Part shown: positions 1-10,285 of the stretch, in pieces
Layout of the letters: every line of letters begins with the position of its first letter
Position numbering within the stretch: the stretch's first letter is position 1
NCBI GenBank assembly: GCA_963827755.1
Contig: CAWHCQ010000031.1
Location: 1 to 64,000, forward strand
Direction: 5' to 3'
Source: an uncultured Gammaproteobacteria bacterium
Lineage (GTDB): Bacteria; Pseudomonadota; Gammaproteobacteria; UBA9214
DNA: 64,000 bases
Made by a program: the position numbers and the translations under genes
Notes under the pieces: model-generated
Databases searched by the model: none
The model's input: only the letters and a program-made list of their open reading frames with translations
What the model was told of the DNA's origin: nothing

Positions 1-777
1 GTAACGCGCCCCCATCGTACGTTTCCTTGCAACAAATTCATCCAGGCGCTCCAGCTGTGCCACGCCAAGTGCGGCTTGCAGGTTGGTCATGCGCAGATTC
101 CAGCCCAGGCGTTCGTGGACGAAGCGCTTGTGCGGCTGGAAGCAGAGGTTTCTCAGGCCGCGGCAGATCTCTGCGAGTTCATCATCGTCAGTGAGGATCA
201 TCCCGCCCTCGCCGGTGGTGACATGCTTGTTCGGGTAAAAACTGAAGGTACTGAGATCCCCAAAACTGCCACAGGGCTGCCCGCGGTAATCCTGGCCCTG
301 CATCTCGGCGGCGTCTTCGATCAACTTGAGCCCGTGGCGCTCGGCCAGTTTCAGCACGGGATCCATGTCCACCGGCAGCCCAAAAATATGGACGACCATG
401 ATGGCCTTTGTGCGCGGGGTGATCCTGGACTCGATCTGGTTCACATCCATATTCCAGCTAAGGGGGTCACTGTCCACCAGTACGGGTGTGGCGCCGCAGC
501 GTACAATCTGGTTAATGCAGGAAATAATGGTAAAGGCCGGCAGAATCACTTCGTCACCCGGGCCAATATCCAGGGCATCGACTGCCGCATCCAGCGCCGC
601 CGTGCCGTTACACACCGCGATACCGTGCTTGCGGCCCATGCGGGCGGCAAACTCCTGTTCGAAGCGTTTGACAAAAGGGCCTTCCGAGGAAATCCAGCCG
701 GTTTCGATACACTCGTCCAGATATTTTTTCTCATTGCCGTCGAGCAGCGGCACATTCACCGGGATGAAGTCGCCCAC
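1..777 (-). CDS. DegT/DnrJ/EryC1 PLP-dependent sugar aminotransferase, GDP-perosamine synthase-like (3' end runs off the window)
   Basis: Manual minus-strand translation from GTG at 777 gives (M)GDFIPVNVPLLDGNEKKYLDECIETGWISSEGPFVKRFE and the PLP-lysine motif STFSFYPNKHVTTGEGG. Absent from the ORF track because it is truncated. Confidence 0.85.
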   Translation of the reverse strand, partial: MGDFIPVNVPLLDGNEKKYLDECIETGWISSEGPFVKRFEQEFAARMGRKHGIAVCNGTAALDAAVDALDIGPGDEVILPAFTIISCINQIVRCGATPVLVDSDPLSWNMDVNQIESRITPRTKAIMVVHIFGLPVDMDPVLKLAERHGLKLIEDAAEMQGQDYRGQPCGSFGDLSTFSFYPNKHVTTGEGGMILTDDDELAEICRGLRNLCFQPHKRFVHERLGWNLRMTNLQAALGVAQLERLDEFVARKRTMGARY

Positions 778-780
778 GGC

Positions 781-1545
781 TCAGAGTCTCCGCAAGACGA
801 GGCAGACGCCCCAGGTTTCTTCACCTGCAGGCTCGCCGGTCAGAAAGGCCTCCGCGCAAACCCGCTCAAAGCCTGCAACAGATGCCAGCAAGTCCAGCTC
901 CGGCAGTGAAAAATGCCGCATGGGGTGATTCTCCGTAAAGGTCTGGCTTTCCCCTGATGCGCCGTCCTCTGCAAAGATTGTGTAATTCACGTCGACACGG
1001 TTCTCGTTGTGAAAAATCTCCGGCTCTGCGATCCGCGTGATGCTCAGGTCATCTTCGACCAGGCGCTTGACCCGGACCTCGGGCCGCTGCGCATAAACCG
1101 CCGGGCTGTACCACACGTCGAAGACGAACAGCCCGCCGGGCTGCAAGTGTTCGGCCGCGTTGTCAAAGACGGCGCTGACATCGGCGTTGCTCACCTGGTA
1201 ACTGATCACGTGAAAGAGCGAGAGCACGGCATCAAAGGTGCGCCCTTGTTTCGATTCGCGGATATCGCCCTGCTGGCACATAAAGCCATCGGTCGCTACC
1301 GCCTGCGCCACCATCTCGGCGCTGCGCTCGATACCCGTCACCCGGTAGCCGTGCCCTGCCAGCAGTCGTCCATGCTTGCCGGTACCGGAACCGAACTCAA
1401 GGATTTCGTTCCCCGGTACACCATAATGCTCCAGTAAACGGTGAACGTAGCCAGCCTCCGCCGCATAATCCTTGTCGCGGTAGAGCAAATCATAATAGCG
1501 AGAGTAGGCGTTAAAGGGTTCAGGACTGGTCACTGGATTTCCCAT
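781..1545 (-). CDS. Class I SAM-dependent methyltransferase
   Basis: Motifs YYDLLYRDKDYAAE, ILEFGSGTGKHG, FDAVLSLFHVISY and HLQPGGLFVFD. Start trimmed to ATG 1545. Confidence 0.85.
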   Translation of the reverse strand: MGNPVTSPEPFNAYSRYYDLLYRDKDYAAEAGYVHRLLEHYGVPGNEILEFGSGTGKHGRLLAGHGYRVTGIERSAEMVAQAVATDGFMCQQGDIRESKQGRTFDAVLSLFHVISYQVSNADVSAVFDNAAEHLQPGGLFVFDVWYSPAVYAQRPEVRVKRLVEDDLSITRIAEPEIFHNENRVDVNYTIFAEDGASGESQTFTENHPMRHFSLPELDLLASVAGFERVCAEAFLTGEPAGEETWGVCLVLRRL

Positions 1546-1966
1546 GCCTGAGTTCATCGGGCAAGTTGGGTGTAAACCTTGTCTTGTCCCCCTCCCCTGC
1601 ATATGGCCCCTGCTTTACTTCAATTATCTCGGTGGGCTCGAGCATCACGAATCCGTGGCCGCCATAGGCCAGCAGGATGATATCGCCGGTTCCCAGGGTC
1701 CTGCTTTCCAGGTACTCCTGTTCCTCAGTGTAGAAATCCACCCGCACCCGGCCGCTTTTTATGTAAAGCACTTCTTTCGTGTACTGCACTTCACGCACCA
1801 CCGGGTTGTGCACATGGGGGGGGATTTCATAACCGGCCGGCCGGTTCATGTAGCCAAGTTGCTGCGAAAACTCATCAGGCGTAAAAAATTGAATGCCATC
1901 CGCATGGAAATTGGCACGAAGGATCAATGCCAGCATTTGGTCGTTGTAGTGAACTGGTTCGATCAT
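1520..1966 (-). CDS. Cupin-fold protein of sugar-nucleotide loci
   Basis: Cupin metal motifs IPPHVHN, EVLYIKSG, GGHGF and EVKQGPY. Confidence 0.75.
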   Translation of the reverse strand: MIEPVHYNDQMLALILRANFHADGIQFFTPDEFSQQLGYMNRPAGYEIPPHVHNPVVREVQYTKEVLYIKSGRVRVDFYTEEQEYLESRTLGTGDIILLAYGGHGFVMLEPTEIIEVKQGPYAGEGDKTRFTPNLPDELRHGKSSDQS

Positions 1967-2956
1967 GTCGACTCCTGAAAATAATCCGGTTTGTGAACCC
2001 AGGCCCGGACCTCGGCATCTTCCTTATACATTTTCTGGTGATGCTCACAGCCTTCCTGATATCCCTCTCGCATGAGCAGGGTCAACTTCCGGAGTTCAGG
2101 ATCCTTCTCTATGTCCAGGCTGAGTTTCCGACGAACCTTCCCAATGAACCGGCGCGCAATCGCGCGACAATCAGACAGCGACCTGTGTCGTGCCGGGTTT
2201 CGAAGACACGTATAAGAGTCCGACACTCCCTGGTTAAAAGCACGCTGCCGGAAATAATCGAAACTCATGCGCCCCCGTGTTACTGCGTGATAAACACTGG
2301 CCCGGGAATCATAGTTGCAACGGAGTTTGTTTACCAGCACGTACCTTGAGCCATTGGTTTCGCCGTCGCCCCGTAACCGAATGAGTTCACGGGGCAGGCT
2401 ATCGGGATGGAAACCACCGGCATCCGGCACGATCTGTTTTCGAATCGGAAAATTACAACCCCAAAGCAGATACGGACTCATCTCCCAGCGTATATCCGGG
2501 AGCAAAAGAACGCTGAGGTAAACAATCCCTCGCCCCCCCAGGGCAGCCCTGGGCCAGAGCTTCTCAAGCCAGCCGGGGAACGGGCCCCTGGAAGTCCGGA
2601 TAGTTATTTCCACCGACCATCGCCACCCCGGGGTCGGCAAAGTTCTCGGCAATGGCCTCCAGCCATGCGGGCGTGGCCCGGATATCGTCATCAATATATA
2701 CGAGCACATCCCCTTGCGCCTCTTGAAGCCCTCTATGCCGACCCGCGTGCAAACCGGGCTCGGGCTCATAGAAATAACGAAGGTTGGATAATCTGTCCGC
2801 AAACTGCGCCGTGACTTCACGTGTATGGTCGGTCGACCCATTATCGACTACGACTACTTCAAATTTCTCGACCGGATGACCTTGTTCTGTTATTGATTGC
2901 AGGGCTGCAGAGAGCAGATTCGCCCGGTTGCATGTAGGAATGATTACTGAAATCAT
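1963..2956 (-). CDS. GT2 family glycosyltransferase (one frameshift near 2575, probably a sequence error)
   Basis: N-terminus MISVIIPTCNR...VVVDNGSTD...YIDDD is in ORF 2564-2983 and C-terminus WGCNFPIRK...GGFHPD...GDGET is in ORF 1963-2841. Removing one base from the G4 run at 2575-2578 joins them. Confidence 0.8.
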
Positions 2957-3597
2957 GATCGCTGTGCGATCCTGCCCCACCACATATTCGGCAGTGAATC
3001 GGAGCTGCTCACTATCGGTTCCACATCCTCTCGAACAAGGCGTTTCACGCCCTCTGCCCAGCCCCAGTCATGAAACACAACAATGGCTCCTGGTTTGAGA
3101 AACCGCTTGTATGCGCTCCAATCGGCTTTAACTCCCTCATAAGAGTGATCACCATCGATAAAAAGAAGATCCAGTGACCTGGTATGAGACGCAACATCCT
3201 CAACCACATCAGTACTCAACCCCCTTATCGGTACGATATAATCACGGTAGTTCACAGTATTGGCCGTAAAATCCCGCCACGTGTCACGCGAACCCTCTGT
3301 CATTGCGTGGTTCTGCCACGTATCAATACAATAGATGCGTCCAACCCCGCCCCCCATCTCGCGGTGCTTCATAGCCACGCCAAAACAGCAAGCCGATGCC
3401 CCGATGTAAGAACCAATTTCGGCCACTGAATTCAAGTTTCTACTCAATTTACAAAGCTTGACCCGTTCGTCTAGCGTGAGATGTGACTCTACCCTAAACG
3501 CTGTGATCAAATTCGGATAACGCACACTCAGCCAGTACGGCTTTACTTTGCGAACCACGTAGTTCTGAATTTTATTTAGAATTCGTACCCTGGACAT
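2953..3597 (-). CDS. Class I SAM-dependent methyltransferase (Methyltransf_24-like)
   Basis: Motifs VAEIGSYIGAS, IYCIDTW, LDLLFIDGDHSYEGV and LKPGAIVVFHD. Confidence 0.85.
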   Translation of the reverse strand: MSRVRILNKIQNYVVRKVKPYWLSVRYPNLITAFRVESHLTLDERVKLCKLSRNLNSVAEIGSYIGASACCFGVAMKHREMGGGVGRIYCIDTWQNHAMTEGSRDTWRDFTANTVNYRDYIVPIRGLSTDVVEDVASHTRSLDLLFIDGDHSYEGVKADWSAYKRFLKPGAIVVFHDWGWAEGVKRLVREDVEPIVSSSDSLPNMWWGRIAQRS

Positions 3598-3950
3598 AAA
3601 TTGACCTTGAATAACTCGTTACGACCAAAATACCGAGCCAGATAAGCAAGCGATAATAACCTGAACCATGTAGGGAACATCGCCCCCTGATTTCGTCCGC
3701 TCGACATTTCCGAGTGGCCATAGATGAATTTCTCATACAAACAAAACACAAAGCCGCCGTCGTCTACCTGATTACACAACACCCAACTCAGCGCTTTCCG
3801 CAAAGCCTCATCGATTTCTACTCTTCTTTCCGTAACAAGTAGCGAGCCGACAAAGACCATCAATAGAGTCGATATCTTCACAGACACTGGAATTCACATT
3901 AACGCCAAAACCGCCAAAAGAATTTTGGGTCCTAATCGCCAAATCGGTTA
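3576..3950 (-). pseudogene. Short frameshifted fragment resembling prenyltransferase/squalene-oxidase-repeat proteins
   Basis: One frame reads TQNSFGGFGVNVNSSVCEDIDSIDGLCRL and the next reads ALSWVLCNQVDDGGFVF...TWFRLLSLAYL. Both carry QxxxGGF repeat motifs; no clear N-terminus. Confidence 0.45.
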
Positions 3951-5452
3951 TTTTAGTGAATAATCAGGTGACTGACGATAGTTTTTTTGCAGCATAATAA
4001 GGTTATAAAAAATACGCCTGATCATTGCTCTGGTTGCTCTTTTAGCGATCCCGTAAAGTTGTGGAACCAATCCCTTACGTTCAAAAATGACGAGGGCACT
4101 AACTAGAATAATCGTGATTAATGCAGCATTCAGGAGCGGACCATACGTCAGCTCAGCAAGGTTAAACTGAGAAACAACAACGATAGGAACGAAACAGATC
4201 AGGGAGATAGTCAGCACGTAACGCAAAACTGGCCTGATACGGATGTCCAACACTGCTTCTCATGACCACAAAATGAATAGAAGTGGCAGCGACCGCCAAC
4301 CCAAATCGCGTCCAGATAAATGCCTCGAAGCTCTGCTGAATACTCACCAAATAGCCAACCATGTAAAACGACCAGCGCAATGGCCATGATTTTTGTTTCG
4401 TTGGAAGGTGCTCCAACTGCACGGTAGGCCTCACCATTGGCTCCGACAACCCATGACACCCCGTGCGTCAAGGCCATCGCCGCGATCACCAGCCCAATCC
4501 CCTCCCATTTGGGCCCGAATACCAGATCACCGATCAAGTCGGCATTGGCAGCGACGATTGCGGCAAGCGGCAGCGAGAGAAAGGTCAATATCCTGATGAC
4601 CTGGATCATGATCTCTCGGATGCGGGCACGATCATGCGAAACAGCAGAGAGATGGCTGTAGAGAACCGGCATCAGGGGGCTGAAGAGCAACCCGTAGATC
4701 ATCATGACGAAGGCATTCCCCGTCCGGTAGAGTCCGAGTTCGTGCGAACCGAGATAGATACCAACGACCAGCGAATCGGCCCAGAGATAGAACCAGGCCA
4801 GCAAGGCGGTGGCGGCGACCCAGCCGCCAAAGCCGGCGAGCTCACGCGCAACCCGCCGATCAAATGAAAAACGGGGGCGCCACGGGCTGCTCTTCCAGAG
4901 CAGTGCAACCTGGAAGACCAGCCCGGCCAAGGTCCCGGCCACCAGCGCCCAGTACCCCATGCCATACCAGGCCAATGGAATGGATGCGAGCCCCGGAATG
5001 GCCACGGTAGCCAGACGCACCCAAAAGAGGTGCCTGAAGTTCAGGTCTTTCTGGAGCAGTGCAATATGAATCGACACCGAGGCCGAAAGCAGCACCTGCA
5101 ATGCCATGACCTGCAGCACTGGCGCCACCCGGGGGTCGTGAAAGATGCGATCGGCAACCAGGCCGGAGCTTGCGACCAGCACCCCCGCGACCAGCAAGCC
5201 GAGGGCGTTGTTGATCCAGAAGGCGGTGTTGGCTGCCACCGTGCGATCGCCCCGGTACTGGATAATGGCGTTGCTCATACCGGCCTCCCAGAAGATCTGG
5301 GAGAAGCTGATGACCATGGTGGCAGCCGCAACCACGCCATAATCCTCGGGTGTGAGCAGCCGCGCGAGCACCACAAACACCACCGGTGTCACGGCCTTGG
5401 ACGCGATTTCACCGAGGAAGGACCATTTGAGAGCGGCATGTACGGAAGACAT
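3948..5452 (-). CDS. wzx: Wzx/PST-family polysaccharide flippase (frameshifts near 4365 and 4250; 3' end uncertain)
   Basis: LARLLTPEDYGVVA and GYWALVAG motifs, multiple TM segments; the hydrophobic C-terminus continues in ORFs 4162-4449 and 3948-4253. Confidence 0.8.
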
Positions 5453-5921
5453 CAGGGCAACCCGTCGATTAAACGTCAGTTCAGGTGCTCGAGGTCGGGT
5501 TACCCAGCAGCGTCAGGATATTGCCCCTGGTCCCGCTGAAGGAATTATCCAAAAATAAGCTGTCATGACTTTTATCCAGGAGACGTTCGCGGAGACGGGA
5601 ACCTGCAAGACCGGCGCCGCCTGTAACGAGGATGCCTTTTCCTTGAAACTTTGGCATAGATTAACGTGGATCCGAAGTCAGGTGAATCGCCCCGAGTCTA
5701 GTAGACACCTCCGGGCGTTACAACATAAACTGTATCGGATCTGATGGCATAAACTGTAATGAAGACAATCAGGAACGGGATGTGATCCGGCATCGAATTC
5801 ATGCAGTTTATCCAGGATACCCGGGGCAACTTGATGAGGTCGAAGCCCGTTAGCCGGACAACGAACCGTCACAAGGCAAACAACTTCTGAATAAACAGCA
5901 CCCGACAAAAGAAAACGGAAG

Positions 5922-6919
5922 ATGAATATTTACAGCCCGATGGCCACTGGAAACGGCGCCCATGTCGTCCACCAGATGCTGGAAGCGGGCATTCCGGGCT
6001 ACAAGGTCTGTTCGTACAACCCGTGGTGGACCGTTGCCCCTCCCGCCCTGTCCCTGCTCTGCAGGGCCAACTCGCCAGGATATTGTCCATAGCCACCCCG
6101 GATTACGCCATCTTCAATGCCCGCCGGGATGTACCCCTGGTTATCACTTTTCATAACTACGTACTGGATGCCTACATGGCGGACTACAGCAGCCCCATGC
6201 AGCGTCTCCATTATGCCACCGATCTGAAATGGTTTACAGAAAGGGCCTGCCGGCGTGCCGATGCAATCACTGCAGTCAGCAGGTTCACGGCCCAACTGGT
6301 CAATACCGAACTGGCGCCACAGAAAGATATCCGTGTTATTTACAACGGCATCGATGAACAGGCGTTCTCGCCCGCAACAACCGGGCAACGTTCAGGCAAA
6401 ACCATCAAGGTACTGTTTAGCGGGAACCTGTCCCGCAGAAAAGGTGTCGACCTGCTGCCCGGGATACTGAAACAGCTGAATCCCGGCATAGAATTGATGT
6501 ATACAACGGGCCTGCGCAGCAAACACCGCCTGCCCGAACATCCTTCGCTGTCCTGCGTGGGGCAGGTGCCCTATCCCGACATGCCGGAATTGTACCGGCA
6601 GGCGGATCTGCTATTGTTTCCCACCGTGCGCGAAGGCTTCGGGCTGGCCGCGGCCGAGGCCATGGCCTGCGGCCTGCCGGTAGTCGCTACCGACTGCTCT
6701 TCGATCCCGGAACTCGTGGTCGATGGCAAGGGCGGTTTTCTTTGCCCGGTGGGTGATGCAAAACAATTTGCAGCACGCATCAATGAACTGGCTGAATCAG
6801 CCACCTTGCGCCGCCAAATGGGCGAATATAACCGTGCAAGGGTCGAGGAGAAATTTACCCTGCAGCGCATGATCAATGATTATCGCGAATTATTCGAGGA
6901 GACACTGGGTGATTGCTGA
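5922..6919 (+). CDS. GT4 family glycosyltransferase (N-terminus frameshifted near 6078-6091)
   Basis: Contains EGFGLAAAEAMACGLPVV. An upstream frame from ATG 5922 (MNIYSPMATGNGAHVVH) joins DIVH-ATPDY if two single bases are removed. Confidence 0.8.
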
Positions 6920-7044
6920 TCAGGCCCGGATGCCCGCTGGCTTGATGCAGATCCATGGCGGCCGTTCATGAACACACAGGAAGTTCCCCTGAATCCGTCA
7001 GTGACTCATGTACACCTGCAACCGCAGGCTTCCTGATATTTCTC

Positions 7045-8241
7045 ATGCAATCAATCCTGGTACTGGCGTCAACCTACCCCCGCTGGAAAAACGACAGCGA
7101 GCCCCTGTTTGTGCATTACCTCAGCGAGCAGCTCACCCGGGAATACCGTGTGATCGCCCTTGTTCCGCATTATCCCGGCGCAAGCCGCCGCGAGATCATG
7201 GATGGTGTCCTGGTCCATCGTTTTCGCTATTTCCTGCCTGCCGGCGAACGCCTTGCCTACAACGGGGGCATTATCCAGAACCTGAAGAATAACCGCCTGA
7301 AGCTGTTGCTGGTGCCGTTTTTTCTGCTCAGCCAGTACTTTCATATCCTGGTCCTTGGCAGGAAATACAACATCAGCCTGATCCATGCCCACTGGGTCAT
7401 CCCCCAGGGACTGCTGGCATTGCTGGCAAGGCCGCTGCTGCCCGGGAAAGTAAAAATCCTCAGCACCTCCCATGGCGGCGATCTTTTCTCCCTGCAGGCC
7501 GGTGTCCTGCAGGCTTTGAAAAGGTTTGTTTTTCGCCGCTCGGATCATGTCACGGTCGTCAGCAACGCCATGGCCGACCATCTCCGGCAGATCGACTGCA
7601 ACACCGGTAATGTCTCGGTGCAGCCCATGGGGGTTGATCTGGGCACCCGCTTTGTACCGGGCGCCGGGCCAGCGAATCCACACCAGCTGGTCTACGTCGG
7701 CAGGCTGGTCGAGAAAAAAGGGGTCGCGACCCTGGTGAGCGCCATCGCCCTGCTGAAGGCCGACTTTCCCGACCTGCAACTGACCATTGTCGGCGATGGT
7801 CCCGAGAAGGCCGGACTGGAAAAGCAGACCGCTGAACTCGGGATAAGCGCACAGATCGAGTTTGCCGGTTCACAACCCAATGCCCTCGTCCCGCAGTACT
7901 ACCAGTCTGCAGGAATCGCCATCGTCCCTTCCGTGATAGCGGCCGATGGTGACCAGGAAGGGCTCGGTCTTGTCGCTGTTGAGGCGCTGGGGTGTGGTTG
8001 CGTGACGGTCGTTTCCGATCTGCCGGCACTACGCGATGTAGTCCGCGATGGTGAGAACGGCCTGGTATTTCGCGCCACCGATGCGGCTGACCTGGCGGCA
8101 AAGATCCGCAATCTGCTCGAAGATACAGCGCTCTTCAATCGCCTGGCCAGCGCCGCGCGAATATCGGTTGTTAACCGGTTTGACTGGCAGCAGGTCGGCC
8201 GCGGTTACCGTTCAATTATCGGTCAATGCATTGATCGATAA
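7045..8241 (+). CDS. GT4 family glycosyltransferase
   Basis: Motifs ILVLASTYPRW, IHAHWVIPQG, YVGRLVEKKG and EGLGLVAVEALGCG. Confidence 0.9.
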   Translation: MQSILVLASTYPRWKNDSEPLFVHYLSEQLTREYRVIALVPHYPGASRREIMDGVLVHRFRYFLPAGERLAYNGGIIQNLKNNRLKLLLVPFFLLSQYFHILVLGRKYNISLIHAHWVIPQGLLALLARPLLPGKVKILSTSHGGDLFSLQAGVLQALKRFVFRRSDHVTVVSNAMADHLRQIDCNTGNVSVQPMGVDLGTRFVPGAGPANPHQLVYVGRLVEKKGVATLVSAIALLKADFPDLQLTIVGDGPEKAGLEKQTAELGISAQIEFAGSQPNALVPQYYQSAGIAIVPSVIAADGDQEGLGLVAVEALGCGCVTVVSDLPALRDVVRDGENGLVFRATDAADLAAKIRNLLEDTALFNRLASAARISVVNRFDWQQVGRGYRSIIGQCIDR

Positions 8242-8437
8242 GGTCTTTAACCCCGGACCCCCCTCCGGCGCGAGCAAGCGACCCGGCCGGAACGATTCCG
8301 CAACTGAACGCCTCTTACTCCAATTAAAGTTTCAGCGCCAAAAGTCGAAAACCTTGGTAGCAGACATGCATTTCCGGGAATCCTCACAGGCGAAGAGTAA
8401 ACAATTGATTCATCGTGAAAAAATCGATGATAGCCGG

Positions 8438-8465
8438 TTGACAAAGGTGAAAAAAGTTGTACTTT
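8438..8465 (+). promoter_or_regulatory. Candidate sigma70 promoter of the pilB operon
   Basis: TTGACA-16 bp-TACTTT about 100 bp upstream of the pilB ATG. Confidence 0.45.
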
Positions 8466-8563
8466 TAGGTACACCTGCTCATGAAGACAGCGTGCTGGCC
8501 TGACACCATAACCGGACATGGATCATAGTAATTAACGTCAGTTTTATAACGGTGTAACAAATT

Positions 8564-10282
8564 ATGGCCACAACAAACCCTACAGTACATCTCAGCGGCC
8601 TGGCCCGCAGGCTGGTCATGGACGGACTGCTGGAAGAAGCGGTCGCCACACAGGCACATGAAGCGGCACTGAAAAAGCGTACTCACTTCGTCACTTACCT
8701 GGTTGAAAACAAGATCCTGAAAAGCCAGGACATTGCCTGGTCCGGTTCGCAGGAATTCGGTGTACCCCTGTTCGATATAACCGCCATGGATATGGAGTCC
8801 GCACCCGTCAAGCTGGTGAGCGAAAAACTTATTCGGCAGCATAACGCCCTGCCGCTGTTCAAGCGCGGCAACCGCCTGTTCATCGCCGTATCGGATCCTA
8901 CCAACCTGGCTGCGGTTGATGAGTTCAAGTTTCATACCGGTGTCAATACCGAGGCGGTTCTGGTCGAGGAAGAACAGCTCCGCAAGACGATGGAGAAAGC
9001 ACTCGATGCCATGGACACCACCATGTCCGAGCTCATGGACGCCGATCTCGACAACCTGGATATCAGCTCGGGTGTCGATGATAACAAGGACGGGGAAATC
9101 ACCGATGCCGATATTGACGACACGCCGGTTGTGCGTTTTGTTAACAAGGTGCTGCTGGATGCCATCAACAAAGGCGCTTCGGATATCCACCTGGAGCCCT
9201 ATGAAAAAGAATTCCGTGTCCGCTTTCGCAACGACGGCGTGCTCCATGAAGTTTCCTCACCGCCGCGTTCACTGGCAATGCGAATTATTGCGCGTCTCAA
9301 GGTCATGAGCCGCATGAATATTGCCGAACGCCGGGTTCCACAGGATGGGCGCATCAGGATGCAACTGTCCAAGAACCGCGCCATTGATTTTCGTGTGAAT
9401 ACCCTGCCGACCCTCTACGGAGAGAAGGTAGTCCTGCGTATCCTTGACGGCAGCGCGGCGCAAATCGGTGTGGATGCACTGGGTTTTGAAACAGAACAGA
9501 AAAAGCTTTTTACCGAAGCCATCAACAAACCGTATGGAATGGTACTGGTCACCGGGCCGACCGGTAGCGGTAAAACAGTCTCGCTTTACACCGGGCTGAA
9601 CATGCTCAACTCCGTTGACCGCAACATCTCCACCTGTGAAGACCCGGTCGAAATCAATGTCCACGGCATCAACCAGGTGAATGTCAACAACATGGCCGGT
9701 CTCGACTTTTCAGTGGCCCTGCGCGCCTTTCTGCGCCAGGATCCCGATATCATCATGGTTGGCGAGATTCGTGACCTGGAAACCGCCGAGATTGCAGTCA
9801 AGGCCGCACAAACGGGCCACCTGGTGCTCTCCACCCTGCACACCAACGACGCGCCACAAACGTTGACGCGCCTGGCGAATATGGGGGTCCCTGCCTATAG
9901 CATCGCATCAGCCGTCCACCTGATTATGGCTCAGCGCCTTGCACGACGCCTCTGCCCGAAATGCAAGACGGAAAGCGAAATACCCCGGGAAGCACTGCTC
10001 AAGGCTGGATTCAGGAAAGAGCAGCTAACAGATGACTTCAGAATTTTCGAGGCTGTCGGCTGCGACAGCTGCACAGCCGGATACAAGGGTCGGGTTGGCA
10101 TTTACCAGGTTATGCCCGTGACAGAGCAGATGGGACGAATTATCATGGAAGGAGGCAATTCCATGGAGCTCGAGAAGCAGGCAAAGAGTGAAGGTGTAGC
10201 CGACCTGAGGGAATCAGGCTTGAAAAAGGTTGCCGACGGGATTACCAGCCTGGAAGAAATAGATCGCGTAACCAAGGACTAG
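8564..10282 (+). CDS. pilB: Type IV-A pilus assembly ATPase PilB
   Basis: Walker A GPTGSGKT, FLRQDPDIIMVGEIRD, AQTGHLVLSTLHTND and Zn-binding cysteines. Confidence 0.97.
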   Translation: MATTNPTVHLSGLARRLVMDGLLEEAVATQAHEAALKKRTHFVTYLVENKILKSQDIAWSGSQEFGVPLFDITAMDMESAPVKLVSEKLIRQHNALPLFKRGNRLFIAVSDPTNLAAVDEFKFHTGVNTEAVLVEEEQLRKTMEKALDAMDTTMSELMDADLDNLDISSGVDDNKDGEITDADIDDTPVVRFVNKVLLDAINKGASDIHLEPYEKEFRVRFRNDGVLHEVSSPPRSLAMRIIARLKVMSRMNIAERRVPQDGRIRMQLSKNRAIDFRVNTLPTLYGEKVVLRILDGSAAQIGVDALGFETEQKKLFTEAINKPYGMVLVTGPTGSGKTVSLYTGLNMLNSVDRNISTCEDPVEINVHGINQVNVNNMAGLDFSVALRAFLRQDPDIIMVGEIRDLETAEIAVKAAQTGHLVLSTLHTNDAPQTLTRLANMGVPAYSIASAVHLIMAQRLARRLCPKCKTESEIPREALLKAGFRKEQLTDDFRIFEAVGCDSCTAGYKGRVGIYQVMPVTEQMGRIIMEGGNSMELEKQAKSEGVADLRESGLKKVADGITSLEEIDRVTKD

Positions 10283-10285
10283 AAC

